From contig JANJGN010000052.1 in NCBI GenBank assembly GCA_026770705.1, positions 1,240,001-1,304,000 of the forward strand: DNA of 64,000 bases, in the 5' to 3' direction. Below, piece after piece: positions 23,356-35,322 of this stretch (position 1 is the first letter of the stretch; each line of letters starts with the position of its first letter). Below the pieces are notes generated by a model. It saw only the letters and a list, made by a program, of their open reading frames with translations. It had not been told where the DNA came from and did no database searches. The DNA is from Isurus oxyrinchus. Taxonomy: Eukaryota. The translations under genes were made by a program, and so were the position numbers.

Positions 23356-25350
23356 ACATCTGGAATGCGAAGCTAGTCTCAGTAATGGTGACCATGAAAC
23401 TAAGGCCAATTGTTACAAAAACCCATCTGGGTCACTAATGCCCTTTGGGGAAGGAAACCTGCCGTCCTTACCCATTCTGGCCTACGTGTGACTCCTGACC
23501 CACAGCAATGTGGTTGACTCTTAACTGGCCCCTGAAATGGCCGAGCAAGCCACTGAGTTATATCAAAACCCGCCACAGACCAGTCAAACCAGGTGAACTG
23601 CAGCACTTCGAAAAGGCAGCTCAGCACCCCCTTCTCCAGGGCTCAGTCAGGAACAGGTAACAAACGCTGTCCACATCCCGTGAAAGAATTTTGGTAAAAA
23701 GGTAGCCGTGTATCACCACCCACGGCCAGCGCCAACCCCCCCACCCCTACCTGATTGCACCAGTTTCAGATTACACCAGGTCAATGAACGGATAGAAACC
23801 CAAACCAATGAGATGAGCACAGAGAAGGATCAAGCCAGAGAGAGTTGGTGGGAAGAATTGGGAAAGCAACAAAAAAGGCAGAGCGGACACTAACACTATA
23901 ACAAAGTAAAGACCAGAGGAGGAAGGAAGCAAGTGCGAAGAGGAATTGAGAGCAGAGCTGGTAGGCTGCTTGTCGAAGCCAAGGAACCTCCATCGGGCAC
24001 ATCCACAGTGCTGTTGGGGAGGGTGATACATGGTTTTGACCCAGGATCATCAAGTGTTGCACTGGCAGAGCCTTTAAAGTAAAGGGACCTTTACTACCCG
24101 TGCACCCCCCCCGCCCTACAAAGCTGTTGACCTGCTGAGTCCACATGTACAGGCAACCTCCAGACAGTTGGCTACAGAGGCCATTGCAGCTGCTGAATAT
24201 GACTTCCAGTTTCAAACCCTTCATGAATGCAAGGATGGAGAATTCAGCAGGAATATTCCTGCACACCCTGTGGCAGATCCTGTAAATAAAAGGGACCTTC
24301 ACTCACTCCCCAAAGCTGCTGACCTGCTGATTCACATCTATAGGCAACCTCCAAATAGTCAACTAGAGAAGACAACGCAGCTGCTGAATGTGACTCCTAG
24401 TTTTAAACCCTTCACTCTGGAAAGAAGGAATCCAGTGCAATGGCCTCAGTATGATTCTTCACAGAAACTGATTTTAAATCTCATGTCTAAGTATTATTTT
24501 TCCTTTGCTTACATTTTAATCCCTGCACCTGATGGCTTTATCGCTTCAACTTAAATAACTTTCAGCAGGAGCCAGGTTCAAATTGAATGGACAAGCTGGC
24601 TTGGGAGGCCAAAAGGCCTACTCCTGCTTCTGTTTATTTATGTTGGTGTTGTTATGTAGTGGAACTAGAGAGGTTATAGCAGTTATGAGAACATTAAGCA
24701 AACAGCAGCAAGAATTGAACACCTACGTTGTGGTTTATGAAAAGGTTTTCAACCTGGTCAACTGGTAAAATCTGTTGAAAGTGGGCTATCATGGCGTGTG
24801 CCCTTTGTGAGATATTTGTAACAACGTTCTCGATGTCGGAACAGCTTGCATTGAATAAAGCTGATCTTTACCCAGAACTTCAGAGGAAGGGGGGACAATT
24901 GTTCCCTGGTGTGGGGGGCATGGTGGGGGGGGAGGGTGAGGGAGAGACAAGTAGCCTGAAATACCAAGCCAGACACTTTGTGAAGACAAAAGTTGTTTAT
25001 TCATTTTTTTTCACAAATCATAATCTTTACAATTAAAGTCCCGACAAGATGATGGTGAATCATGAACACATTGTCGGGGTCAATCTGTGCCCGGGAGCAT
25101 AAAGCAGCAAAATCAGGAGCCCGCTTTACATCTCTCTGAATTTTAACTATCATTAACCCCAGTAACATCCATTCAAATGACTTAGTCATAAGATTCCTCA
25201 CACATTCACTTGCACACTCACACACCCACACCCACACAGACACACTGACACACTCACTCATTCACATTGACACACACTGACACAGTCACACACACCCACA
25301 CAGACACACTGACACACTCACTCATTCACATTGACACACACTGACACAGT

Positions 25351-25383
<33 letters not shown>

Positions 25384-25842
25384 ACACAATCACACACATT
25401 CACATTGACACGCACTGACAGTCACACATACACACACACACGCTGACACAATCACACACATTCACATTGACACACACATATTGACAGTCACACACACACA
25501 CACACACACACGCTCATAAAGACAGGCACAAACACAGTTACGTGAGGTGAATAGTGTCGATGTATTTAAGGGGAAGCTGGATAAACACACGAGGCAGAAA
25601 TGAATAGAAGGATATGGTGATGGGGTGAGATGGAGAAGGGATGGGCGGAGACTCGTGTGGAGCAGAAACACCAGCATGGAGCAGATGGGCCGAATGGCTT
25701 CATTCCCTGCTGTAAAACGCAGGTAAAGTTTCAGTTGGAATTAATGAACAGGGCCTGTGTGAAATAGATTGCTAAGCAGTAGATAAGGAGGGGAGAGGCT
25801 GTGGCATGGTGCAGGATGACCTTGCGTGAATGAGGCCAGGGT

Positions 25843-25959
25843 CTAATATCTACAGCAGAGACCACAAGTCTCATTTGGTCCTCTCCAATTACAGCAGTTA
25901 CAGCAGAATCTGCAGAGCTGCTGTCTGCCCATTCTCTTCTGGCGCTGCAGCAAGGAGCC
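25843..25959 (-). CDS. HAMP: Hepcidin exon 3 (furin site + mature peptide)
   Basis: Acceptor cctgcttttccag then GGC TCC TTG ... TGC TGT AGA TAT TAG; 39 codons including stop; 8 Cys. Confidence 0.96.
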   Translation of the reverse strand, partial: GSLLQRQKRMGRQQLCRFCCNCCNWRGPNETCGLCCRY

Positions 25960-28900
25960 CTGGAAAAGCAGGAGGACAATAGGTGAGAACATTCCGGAAA
26001 GAAAGAAGGCATCATTTCAATCAGGCGCGTCATTGGAAGGAGGATGGCGCATTTCTATAGCGCCTTTCCCCTCCTCAGGATGGCCCAAAGTGTTCCACAG
26101 CTGATGGAAGGACTTTTTCTGAAGTGAGCTCACCGCTGTAATGTAGAAAACGCAGCAGGCAATTCACGCACAGCAAGATCCCACAAACAGAAATGTGATA
26201 ATGGCCCCGATTTTCAGTTTTTTACCAATGTCAGTTGAGGGATAAATGTTTGCCCCAGGAAAGCAGACATAACTGCATCCCATCCACCCCCCACCACCCC
26301 CTCCACACATACACCCAACTCCTGAAACACTTCATTTAAATTGTGGCCATGGAATCCTCTACATCCATCTGAGAGGGCAGATGTTGTCTCAGTTTAACAT
26401 CTCATCTGAAAGACAGCGCCTTCAACAGTGCAGCACCCCCTCAGTACTGACCCTCCGACTGTGCAGCACTCCCTCAGTACTGACCGTCTGACAATGCAGC
26501 ACCCCCTCAGTACTGACCCTCCGACTGTGCAGTCCCCCGCCGGTACTGACCCTCTGACAGTGCAGCACTCCAAGACTGACTGTCTGACAATGCAGCACCC
26601 CCTCAGTACTGACCCTCCGACTGTCCTGCCCCCCCGCTGGTACTGACCCTCCGACAGCTCGGTAATTTCTCAATTACGCCTGGTGGTCCTTTTAACTCAG
26701 AGCTGAGAGTTGCAGAGAATCGAGCAGACACCCTGAACTGACACTTGCAGTGCAAGTACTGGGAGTGCGCTGGTCATTATCATGCTGCTGTCTGTGGGAT
26801 CTTACAGTGCGCCAATGGCTGATTCTTTTCCCACAGTACATCAGTGACCTCACATGAAAGAAAAAAAGCACTTGATTGTCTGCGAAACAGTTTGGGACGT
26901 CCTGATGTGTTGGAAGGCGCTAGAGAAATGCAAGAGTTGACGTTTCGAGTCCTCATGACCCTTCTGAGGACTCGAAACGTCAACTCTTTTCTTCTCCGCC
27001 AATGCTGCCAGACCTGCTGAGTTTTTTCAGGTAATTCTGTTTTTGTTTTGGATTTCCAGCATCCGCAGTTTTCTTTGTTTTTATAGAGAAATGCAAGTCC
27101 TCTTTGTCTTTCACTCGATCCTCTAAGGTGTCTGTTGATTAACCAGCCTCTCGGTGTATGATGTAGGCCTGGTTATAAACAGTTAGAAGGATCAAATATC
27201 AAAAGTGCTTTGGCTGACAGTCAAACCGATTGTGCATTCGGAGAGATTAGATACGGTCTGCGCACAATGACTCCAGTCTCTGGCACTGACTGCCGCCTGG
27301 GGTCTCCCTTCCACATAACACTCACAACTTGCATTTACACAGCGCCTCGGACATTGCAAAATGTCCCAGCCCACATTACCGGAGCGTAAATCAGAGAGAA
27401 GTCTAACACTGAGTCACATATGGAGATATTAGGGATAGGTGACCAAAAGCTTGGTCAAAGATGTCAGTTTTTAAGGAGCGTCTTAAAGGAGAGAGAGAGA
27501 GAGAGAGAGAGGCAGAGAGGTTAAGGGAGGGTATTCCGGAGCTCAGGGCCCCAGGCCGCTGAAGGCACGGCCACCAATGGTGGAGCGATGGGGATCAGGG
27601 GGACCCGGGAGATGCAGTAATGTCAGAGATTTTGGAGGAACATCGGGACCGGAGGAGGTGTTCTCCTGCTCCATATCTCTCTCTCTCTTCCTCTCTTCCA
27701 CTCCTCCTCTCCCTGTCTCTCTCTCTCCTACTCTTCCTCTCAATTGCCCTCTCTCCCAATCTTTCTCTCCTCTCTCCCTTTTCCTGTCTCTCTCCCTCTC
27801 TCTCCCCTGTCTCCTTCTCCCACTCTGTATCTCTCCCTCTCTCTCACACTATTTTTGTAACTTTCGCTCACTCTGTAACTCTCCCTTCCCTGTTAATTTC
27901 TCTCTCTTGGACAATCTCTCTTCCCTTTTCACTTTCCCTCACTCTGCATCTCTTTAATTTCTCCCTCTGTCACTCTCTCCCACCTATGTTCTTTCCCTTT
28001 CATCCCTCCCCGTCCCACTCTGTGTCTCTCTCTTCCAATCCCTCCCTCCCCCATTCCATCCCTCTCTCCGACTCTCGACTCCCAGCCTCTCTTTAACCCA
28101 CTCCCAGGCTGGATCAGTCTCCCTCTCACTATTCCCGGCGTGGGTTACATTTAAAATTCCTGTGGGGATATGTTCACTTCCTTGGAATTGCCTCTTCCCA
28201 GCTTTGCAAAAAAAGGGTGGGGGGGGGGGTCTCGATTTCAAACATGCCTCCTGAGTATAACCGAGACAGACTGCCACTGAAATCAGCTTGAAATCAGAAA
28301 ACTTTCTGTGGAAGAAACGAGCAGGGAGAAACCTTAAAATAAGGAATGAATTTCCACCTACCGTGTCCGGGGAATCCACAGATTTCTCAATCGTCGAAGA
28401 ACCTAAAGCAGTGTCAACCTGCAAAAAGAAAGAATTTATCAGGGAGAAAGTGAGAGGAGGATTGAGGGAGAGGGAGAGAGAGAGAGAGAGGTACAGGAGA
28501 GAGAGGGGGAGGAGGACAGACTTGCATTTCTCTAACGCCTTTCACCACATCCCAAAGCATTTCACAGCCACTGAAGGATGTTTTTGAAGTGCACTCACAC
28601 TGTAGGAAATGTGGCAGCTGATTTGTGCACAGCAAGATCCCACAAATAGCAATGTGATCATGGCCTAGATCATCTGTTTTTGGTGATGTTGGGTGAGGGA
28701 TAAATATTGGTCCCAGGACACCGGGGAGAACTCCCCCTGCTCTTCCTCCAAATAGTGGCTGTGGGATCTTTCACACCCGCCCGAGAGGGCAGACGGGGGA
28801 CTCGGTTTAATGTCTCATTCAACATTGTTGTGCTCCCTCAGTACTAACCCTTTGACACTGCAGCACTCCCTCAGTACTAACCCTTCGATAGTGCTGCACT

Positions 28901-30384
28901 CCCACAGTATTGTCCCTCCGTCAGTGCAGCGCTCCCTCAGTACTAACCCTTTGACACTGCAGCACTCCCTTAGTATTAACCCTTCGATAGTGCTGCGCTC
29001 CCTCAGTACTGTCCCTCCGTCAGTGCAGCTCTATTTCAGTACTAACCCTTCGACACAGCAGCACTCCCTCAGTACTGACCTCCGACAGTATAGCACTCAC
29101 TCAGTACTGTCCCTCCAATAGTGCAACACTTCCACACTACTGACCCTCTGACAGTCCAGCACTCCCTCAGCACGGAGTGTTGACCGACGTTATGGGACTG
29201 AATTCCCTGGAGTGAGACTCAGACCAGAGATTTAGGTAGGGTTGTTCCGGCTGGAGGAGGTTACAGAGATAGGGAGGGTTGTAGAGGCTGTAGGAGGTAA
29301 CAGAGATAGGGAGGGTTCTAGAGGCTGTAGGAGGTGACAGAGATAGGGAAGGTTGTAGGGGCTGTAGGAGGTTACAGAGATAGGGAGGTGAGTAGGGGCT
29401 GTAGGAGGTTAAAGAGATGGGGGGGGTTGTGGGGGCTGGAGGAGGTTACAGAGGTAGGGAGGGTTGTAGAGGCTGGAGGAGGTTACCAAAATAGATACTG
29501 TTGTAGGGGCCATAGTAGGTTACAGAGATAGGGAGAGTTATAGTGTGGAGAGGACGTTATAGAGTTCATGAGCATTGTAGGGGCTGGAGGAGGTTACAGT
29601 GATTCTGAGGGTCGTGGGGCCTGGAGGAGTTTACAGAGATAGGGAGGGTTGTAGGGCCTGGAGGAGGTTACAGAGATAGGGAGGGTTGTAGGGTCTGGAG
29701 CAGGTTACAGAGATAGGGAGGGTTGTAGGGTCTAGAGGAGGTTACAGTGATCATGAGGGTTGTGGGGCCTGGGGGAGGTTACAGAGATAGGTAGGGTTGT
29801 AGGGGCTGGAGGAGGTTACAGAGATAGGGAGGTTTATAGGGGCTGGAGGAGGTTACAGAGATAGGGAGGGTTGTAGGGGCTGGAGGAGGTTACGGAGATA
29901 GGGACAGTTGTAGGGGCTGGAGGAAGTTACAGAGATAGGGATTGTTGTAGGGGCTGGAGGAGGTTGCAGATATAGGGAGGGTTGTAGCGGCTGGAGGAGG
30001 TTACAGAGATAGGGAGGGGTGTAGGGGCTGGAGGAGGTTACAGAGATAGGGAGGGTTGTAAGGCCTGGTGGAGGTTACAGAGATAGGGAGTGGCTGAGGA
30101 GGGATTGAAAACAAGAATGAGAATTTCAGGGGAAACGACAGAAGGAAATGATGTTAAATTCATAGAGGGCGACAATATTAAAGGCACGAACATAATAATA
30201 TCAAACTGCGGAAGAGACCAGTCTATCTGGGTGGTAGACGTAGAGTCATGTGCAAGAAACACCTCACCCAGAGGGACATCTCTTAGCTTACCCTCGACAA
30301 GGAGAAGAAGTGACTCAGCTGCAGGGAGAGCAGCAAAGTCAGAGTGAACAAGACAAGTCGCCATTTCATCTGGGAGCTTCCCAT
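25843..30384 (-). CDS. HAMP: Hepcidin-like prepropeptide, 3 coding exons: 30384-30292, 28418-28362, 25959-25843 (88 aa)
   Basis: Spliced product MGSSQMKWRLVLFTLTLLLSLQLSHFFSLSR|VDTALGSSTIEKSVDSPDT|GSLLQRQKR-MGRQQLCRFCCNCCNWRGPNETCGLCCRY*. Signal peptide, acidic propiece, furin site RQKR, hepcidin 8-Cys pattern C-x2-CC-x-CC-loop-C-G-x-CC. Both introns are GT-AG and phase 0. TATA upstream. Confidence 0.93.
28362..28418 (-). CDS. HAMP: Hepcidin exon 2 (propeptide)
   Basis: ttctttttgcag|GTT...ACG|gtaggt; 57 nt, phase 0/0, VDTALGSSTIEKSVDSPDT; size typical of hepcidin exon 2. Confidence 0.8.
29240..30090 (+). repeat. 37-bp G-rich minisatellite in hepcidin intron 1
   Basis: GGAGGGTTGTAGGGGCTGGAGGAGGTTACAGAGATAG tandem units. 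Confidence 0.95.
30292..30384 (-). CDS. HAMP: Hepcidin exon 1 (signal peptide)
   Basis: ATG at 30384 (second in-frame ATG at 30369), hydrophobic core LVLFTLTLLLSL, donor AGG|gtaagc phase 0. Confidence 0.85.
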
Positions 30385-30454
30385 CTCTGCCTGTCTCTTC
30401 TGATCTTCTGGCTCTGCTTTGATGCTTTGGTTTGTAACTAGAGGAGCTTCCTGC

Positions 30455-30530
30455 TCTTATACCTGAAACACTTGAAGGGGACAGCCGGGGGCGGGTTGCT
30501 GTGTGGTATCACACCCATTTCTGGATATTG
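30455..30530 (-). promoter_or_regulatory. Hepcidin proximal promoter
   Basis: TATAAGA at 30461-30455 about 75 bp upstream of ATG; GC box GGGGCGGG near 30488-30495; RUNX-like TGTGGT 30502-30507; degenerate STAT-like ATCCAGAAATG (minus) near 30516-30526. Confidence 0.55.
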
Positions 30531-31019
30531 CAGTGTCGATGTTCCCTGTCCCACTGGCCTGGGACCAGCAGTAAGGTCACTGGGACATTGACTGTCTGGC
30601 ACCGAGAACTATCATTCCCTCCGCAACGCCCTTCACCTTGTGCAGATATGTGTTCATATTGACGCAACACAACATAGCAAAAACAGAGGGGCTGGTTCTT
30701 ATGTTGGCAAATCAGGTGAACCGCATGCCCCCTAACCCCTTACTCCTCTCATTGCTACACTTACTATTTTACAAATTGTGTGCGTTGCTTTTATTTTGGA
30801 CAAGGGGCCTCGAGGGGGAACTGATTTACGCTGAGGTTTAGGGGTTAACTGTTTACCATGTGGAGACTGTCTGTCACCAGCTTTGTTCATGGTTTATCCA
30901 GGAACATTGAAGGGCATGAACGTTCTTGCTTTGTATGGAACAAGTTACCAACTGGGTTCAGTCATCGACTCAGACTCACATCAACATAAACTGGCTTCTG
31001 ACAGGTAAGTTTCTATTAC

Positions 31020-31620
31020 ATGAGGGTAGGAGGAGGCCATTTGGCCCCTCGAGCCTGCTCCACCATTCAATGAGATCATGGCTGATCTGCAAACTAGCCC
31101 CATATGGCTTTGTCCCATCTCCTTTAATACCTTTGGATAACAAAAATCTATCAGTCTCACAGGTTTAAAATGAACAACTTGATCGTGCATCAGTTCCTGT
31201 TTGGGGAAGAGAGTTCCAAATTTCTCCCACCCTTTGTACTTCCTAATTTAATTCCTTTTTAGGCTCTGACCCTGAGTCCCAGACTCCTCCCAACCAGGGG
31301 AAATGGTTTCTCTTTATCGCCCCCGATCTGTTCCCCTTATTATCATGCGAACTTTCATCAAATCTCCTGCTTAACATTCTAACTTCCAGGGAATACAAGC
31401 CGAGTTTGTGTTTAATCTCTCCTTGTGATTTAACCCTTGGAGTCCCGGTCTCATTCTGGTAAACTGACACTGCTCTCCCTCCGAGGTCAATATATCCTTC
31501 CTAAGGTGTGGGGCCCAGAATGTCTCACAGTGACTCCAGGTGTGGTCTAGCCAGGGCTTTATGTAGACTGAAGCATGACCTCTGCCCCCTTATATTCTAA
31601 TCCGTGAGATAGAAAGGGCA
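31020..31620 (-). mobile_element. CR1 LINE 3' fragment
   Basis: KLGLYSLE, GLEYKGAEVMLQ remnants. Confidence 0.75.
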
Positions 31621-32719
31621 GAGTTCCAGAATTGTTGTGTTTATTCGACAACAGAATAACAGAGGAAGGTTTCCTCTCTGCCCTCTTCAGCCCCACTGGG
31701 AAGGTCAGGATGAGAAGGTTGGGCTGGGTCCCCTGTACTGGACACTCGCTGAATCTTCCAATGATAGTTCTGGGCTGGATTTCAAAATGCATAGACAAGG
31801 ATTCAGTGTTCCATCACATTCTGCCTTTGTCTCTTTTCCTCTCGTTCTCTTTCTCTACCATCCTCTCTCTCTATCTATCTATCTTTCTCCTCATTCTCTC
31901 CTGCTTCATCTCTATCACTTTCTTTCTACTTCTTTGTGTGTCTCTGTCTGTCTCTCTCTCTCTCACTCTTTCTTTCCTTGTCCTTATCTCTTTCAGTGTC
32001 TCCCTCTTTCTCTCTCTCTCTCTCTCTCTCTCTAAATGTGACCCTCTCTAACAGTTTGGCCCAGTACTCTTATTTCCCTGTTTTACTGGTGTTCCATTTG
32101 AAGGTATACAAGACCAGATCAGACCAGAATGTTTATTTTCCAGTGTTTACTGTGTTTTTTTTCATTCTGGGTGTCTCTCGACTCTGTCTGTCCCTCTCTG
32201 TCCTTTTATTTCATTCTTTCATGTGATGTGGACATCACTGCCTAGGCCAGCATTTATTGCCCAACCCTAATTGCCCTTGTTCAGAGGCCACTTTTTAAAA
32301 GTGAACCACATTGCTGTGGGTCTGGAGTCACATGTAGGCCAGACCAGGTAAGGACAGCAGATTTCCCTCCCTAAAGGGCATTTGTGACCCAAATACAAGA
32401 ATCAGCAATGGTTTCCTGGTCATCATCGGACTTTTAATTCCAGGTTTTTATTGAATTGAAATTCCACCAACTGCTGTGGTGAGATTCTAACCAGGGTCCC
32501 AGGAGCATTACACTGGGTCTCTGGATTACTGGTCCAGCGAAAATACCATCAGGCCCCCTCCTCCCCACTCTTCCCTTCCACCATCTTTCACAATCGCTCT
32601 CTCTCTCTCTCACTCTCCTTCTCTCTTCCCCCTCTCTCAGTCTCTGTCTGTCTCTCAATCTCTCTATCGCTCTCTATCTCCTGGAGGCTCTCTCTCTGAC
32701 TGTCTCCCTCCCTATATCT

Positions 32720-33330
32720 GTAACCTCCTCTCTCTGTCCCTTTCCTCCAGCCCCTACAACCCTCCCTATCTCTGTAACCTCCACCTGCCCCTACAATCCT
32801 CCCCATCTCTGTAACCTCCTCCACCTCCCACAACCCTCCCTATATCTGTAACCTCCTTCACAAGCCCATACAATCCTCCCTATCCCTGTAACAACCTCCA
32901 GCCCGACAACACCCCTATACATGTCACCTCCTCTAGCCACTGTAACCCTAATAATCTCCCAAGCCTCCACCAGCCTTGACAATCCTGCCCATCTCTGTAA
33001 CATCCTCCAACCACCACAACCCTCCCTATTTCTGTAATCTCTTCCAGTCCCTACAACCCTCCCTATCTCTACAACCTGCTCCACCCCCTGCAACTCGCCC
33101 TATCTCTGTGTCATCCTCCAGCCCCTACAACCCTCCCTATACCTGTAACCTCCTCCAGCCCCTACAACCCTCCCTATCTCTGGAACAGCTTCCAGCACTT
33201 ACAACCCTCCCTATCTCTGTAACCTCCTCCAGCCCCTACAACACTCCTTATCTCTGTAACCTCCTCCAGCCCCTACAACCCTCCCTATCTCTGTAACCTC
33301 CTCCAGCCCCTGTAACCCTCCCCATCTCTT
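32720..33330 (-). repeat. Same 37-bp minisatellite, inverted
   Basis: CTATCTCTGTAACCTCCTCCAGCCCCTACAACCCTCC units. Confidence 0.9.
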
Positions 33331-34194
33331 GAAGGGTTCTCAAAATTTCCAACTGTCAAGGAACCCTGGGTTGGTGAGCATGACCCCTGACCTCTCCTAG
33401 TGCAATTTAGTTAGGGTTTGGGGGTGGGACAAGGGTAAGGGCATTAGTAGCGTGATTCTCCCTCGTTATGCCGTGTGTTCCCCATTCTTAACTCAGTGTA
33501 CTTTGTAAGTCTGTATAATCTCAGTGTCATCCTAATGTTATAAGTTCATTTGTGACTTCAGTAAACTCAGTTTTTGTCTTGCACCAAAACCAGTTGTCTG
33601 CTGCACTTTGTGACAAGCCCCGAATAAGTCCAAGGTCTAGAACCCAGGGATTGGGAGTGATTCAGACGGCTCAGAAGTCGCAGGTGAAGCTGACACACAC
33701 CACCACACCCTACAAGGGGCTGAATGGCCTCCTCCTGTTCCTGTATAACGGACATAAGTGGCAGAATGGCCTCCTCCTGTTTCTGTGTAACAGTCTTGAG
33801 GGGGCTGAATGGCCTCCTCCTGTTCCTGTGTAACAGTCTCGAGGGGGCTGAATGGGCCTCTTCTGGTTCCTGTGTAACAGGCTCGAGGGGACTGAATGGC
33901 CTCCTCCTGTTCCTGTGTAACAGGCTCAAGGGGCTGAATGGCCTCCTTCTGCACTGTAAACTTGTTGTGATACTGTAACTGCCTCTTTGGTTTCATTCAG
34001 CTGAATCTTCAGCTCTTCAGTCTCTTCCTTGTATCTCTTGCCTTCCTCCTGGAACATTGGACATGGTTGGGTCTTCCCTGCCAACTGTTTCTTCAGTTTG
34101 CTCAGAGCGGCACAGAATTCGCTTTCTTTCTCTTCAGGATTTTCCAGTGGAACCAACTCTGACCTGAGGGACACTTGCAGCCTGTGAGGATGCT

Positions 34195-35322
34195 TCAATT
34201 CTTCAAACTCATTCCGAGATACACTCTCATATTCCCCCAGCAACTCAGCAACTCCTCCAGTGAAACATTTCAGAGCAGCTGAGCTTGGTTTTCTGGAACC
34301 AGTCTCGGCCCAGAAGACTAGGGCCCTCACCTGTCGCTATGATCACTGGAAGCTGGGCTGTCTGCTGCCTGTAGGACACAGGTACTGGGATGAGGTCCTT
34401 TCCCTGTATGGATTCTCCAGTGTGTGTCTTCAGCTGATCCATTGTTGGCTCTAAATTCAGCGTCTGGGTTCCTTCATTTAGCTGTTTAAATGTGGGCTCT
34501 TCCACCACTGTGTCTGAGGCTCCCGTATCTGCCCCATTACTAGTGGCTGCCCATTCACTTGGGTTGTGATGGTTATAGGTTCAGTTTTTACCACTGTGAC
34601 ATTGGACAGGGAATAGACATCGGTATCAGCAGCTTCAGGCTCTGTGATATTATTCACTTCCATCATGTTGGTGCACTGCCTGATGGGCTGTCTCGATTTC
34701 ACCCTGCATTGCTTTATTACCCGCCCCTTTCTTGTGGCAGTGATGGCATTCTGCCCCCTTGAACCTGCAGGTGTCCAGTACGTGCTCAATGCCCCCCACA
34801 TCGAGAACAGGCCAACTTCGGAGTTGCTGCTGAAATACTCCCACGAAGCCTTTTAGTTTCTGGAGCGGCAGAGACTGTCTCTCGCTTGGCGGCTGTCTCT
34901 CTCTCTCTCTCTCTCACTCCAGTTTGAGCCTCACGCCCGGTGGTTGGTTCCTGTCCCAGCTGAGGACTGGTGCCATGTTGTACATCCTGTAAATCCCGCC
35001 AGTCTCTCCCAGCACTTTCCATGCCTGGCGCTATTTCCATGGTGCGCTTCAAATCGATGTCGGCTTCTGCGAGTAAACGGCTCTGAATGGCGTTGGGGTG
35101 AACGACACAAACCAATCGGCCCCGCAACATGTCATTGAGTGTGTCTCCGAGGTCCCAGTGCTCAGTCACCTGCTTCCACTTCACTGTATAGGTTGCGATG
35201 GACTCTCCCTGGGCCCTTACTCTGGAGTTAAACTTAAACCTCTGCATTATTACCCACGGCTTCAGCTGAAAACACATCTTCATGAGGTCGACTAATTGGT
35301 GAAAAGATTTAGAATTGGGTGC
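34195..35322 (-). mobile_element. Decayed Gypsy/Ty3 LTR-retrotransposon internal fragment (gag, zinc knuckle, protease)
   Basis: QRFKFNSRVRAQGESIATY...LNDMLRGRLVC (gag); CRFKGAECHHCHKKG; frameshifted DTGAS and SLLGRDW protease motifs. Confidence 0.85.

Noticed and set aside
23700-24560. 128-aa and 173-aa ORFs
   Set aside because: No recognisable domain or splice structure; looks like a decayed interspersed repeat, as does 20000-20850
25731-26033. 100-aa ORF from the track
   Set aside because: Wrong frame; the overlapping frame opened by the acceptor at 25960 encodes hepcidin
30038-30364. 108-aa ORF MATCLVHSDF...
   Set aside because: Alternative frame over hepcidin exon 1; the signal-peptide frame starts at 30384/30369
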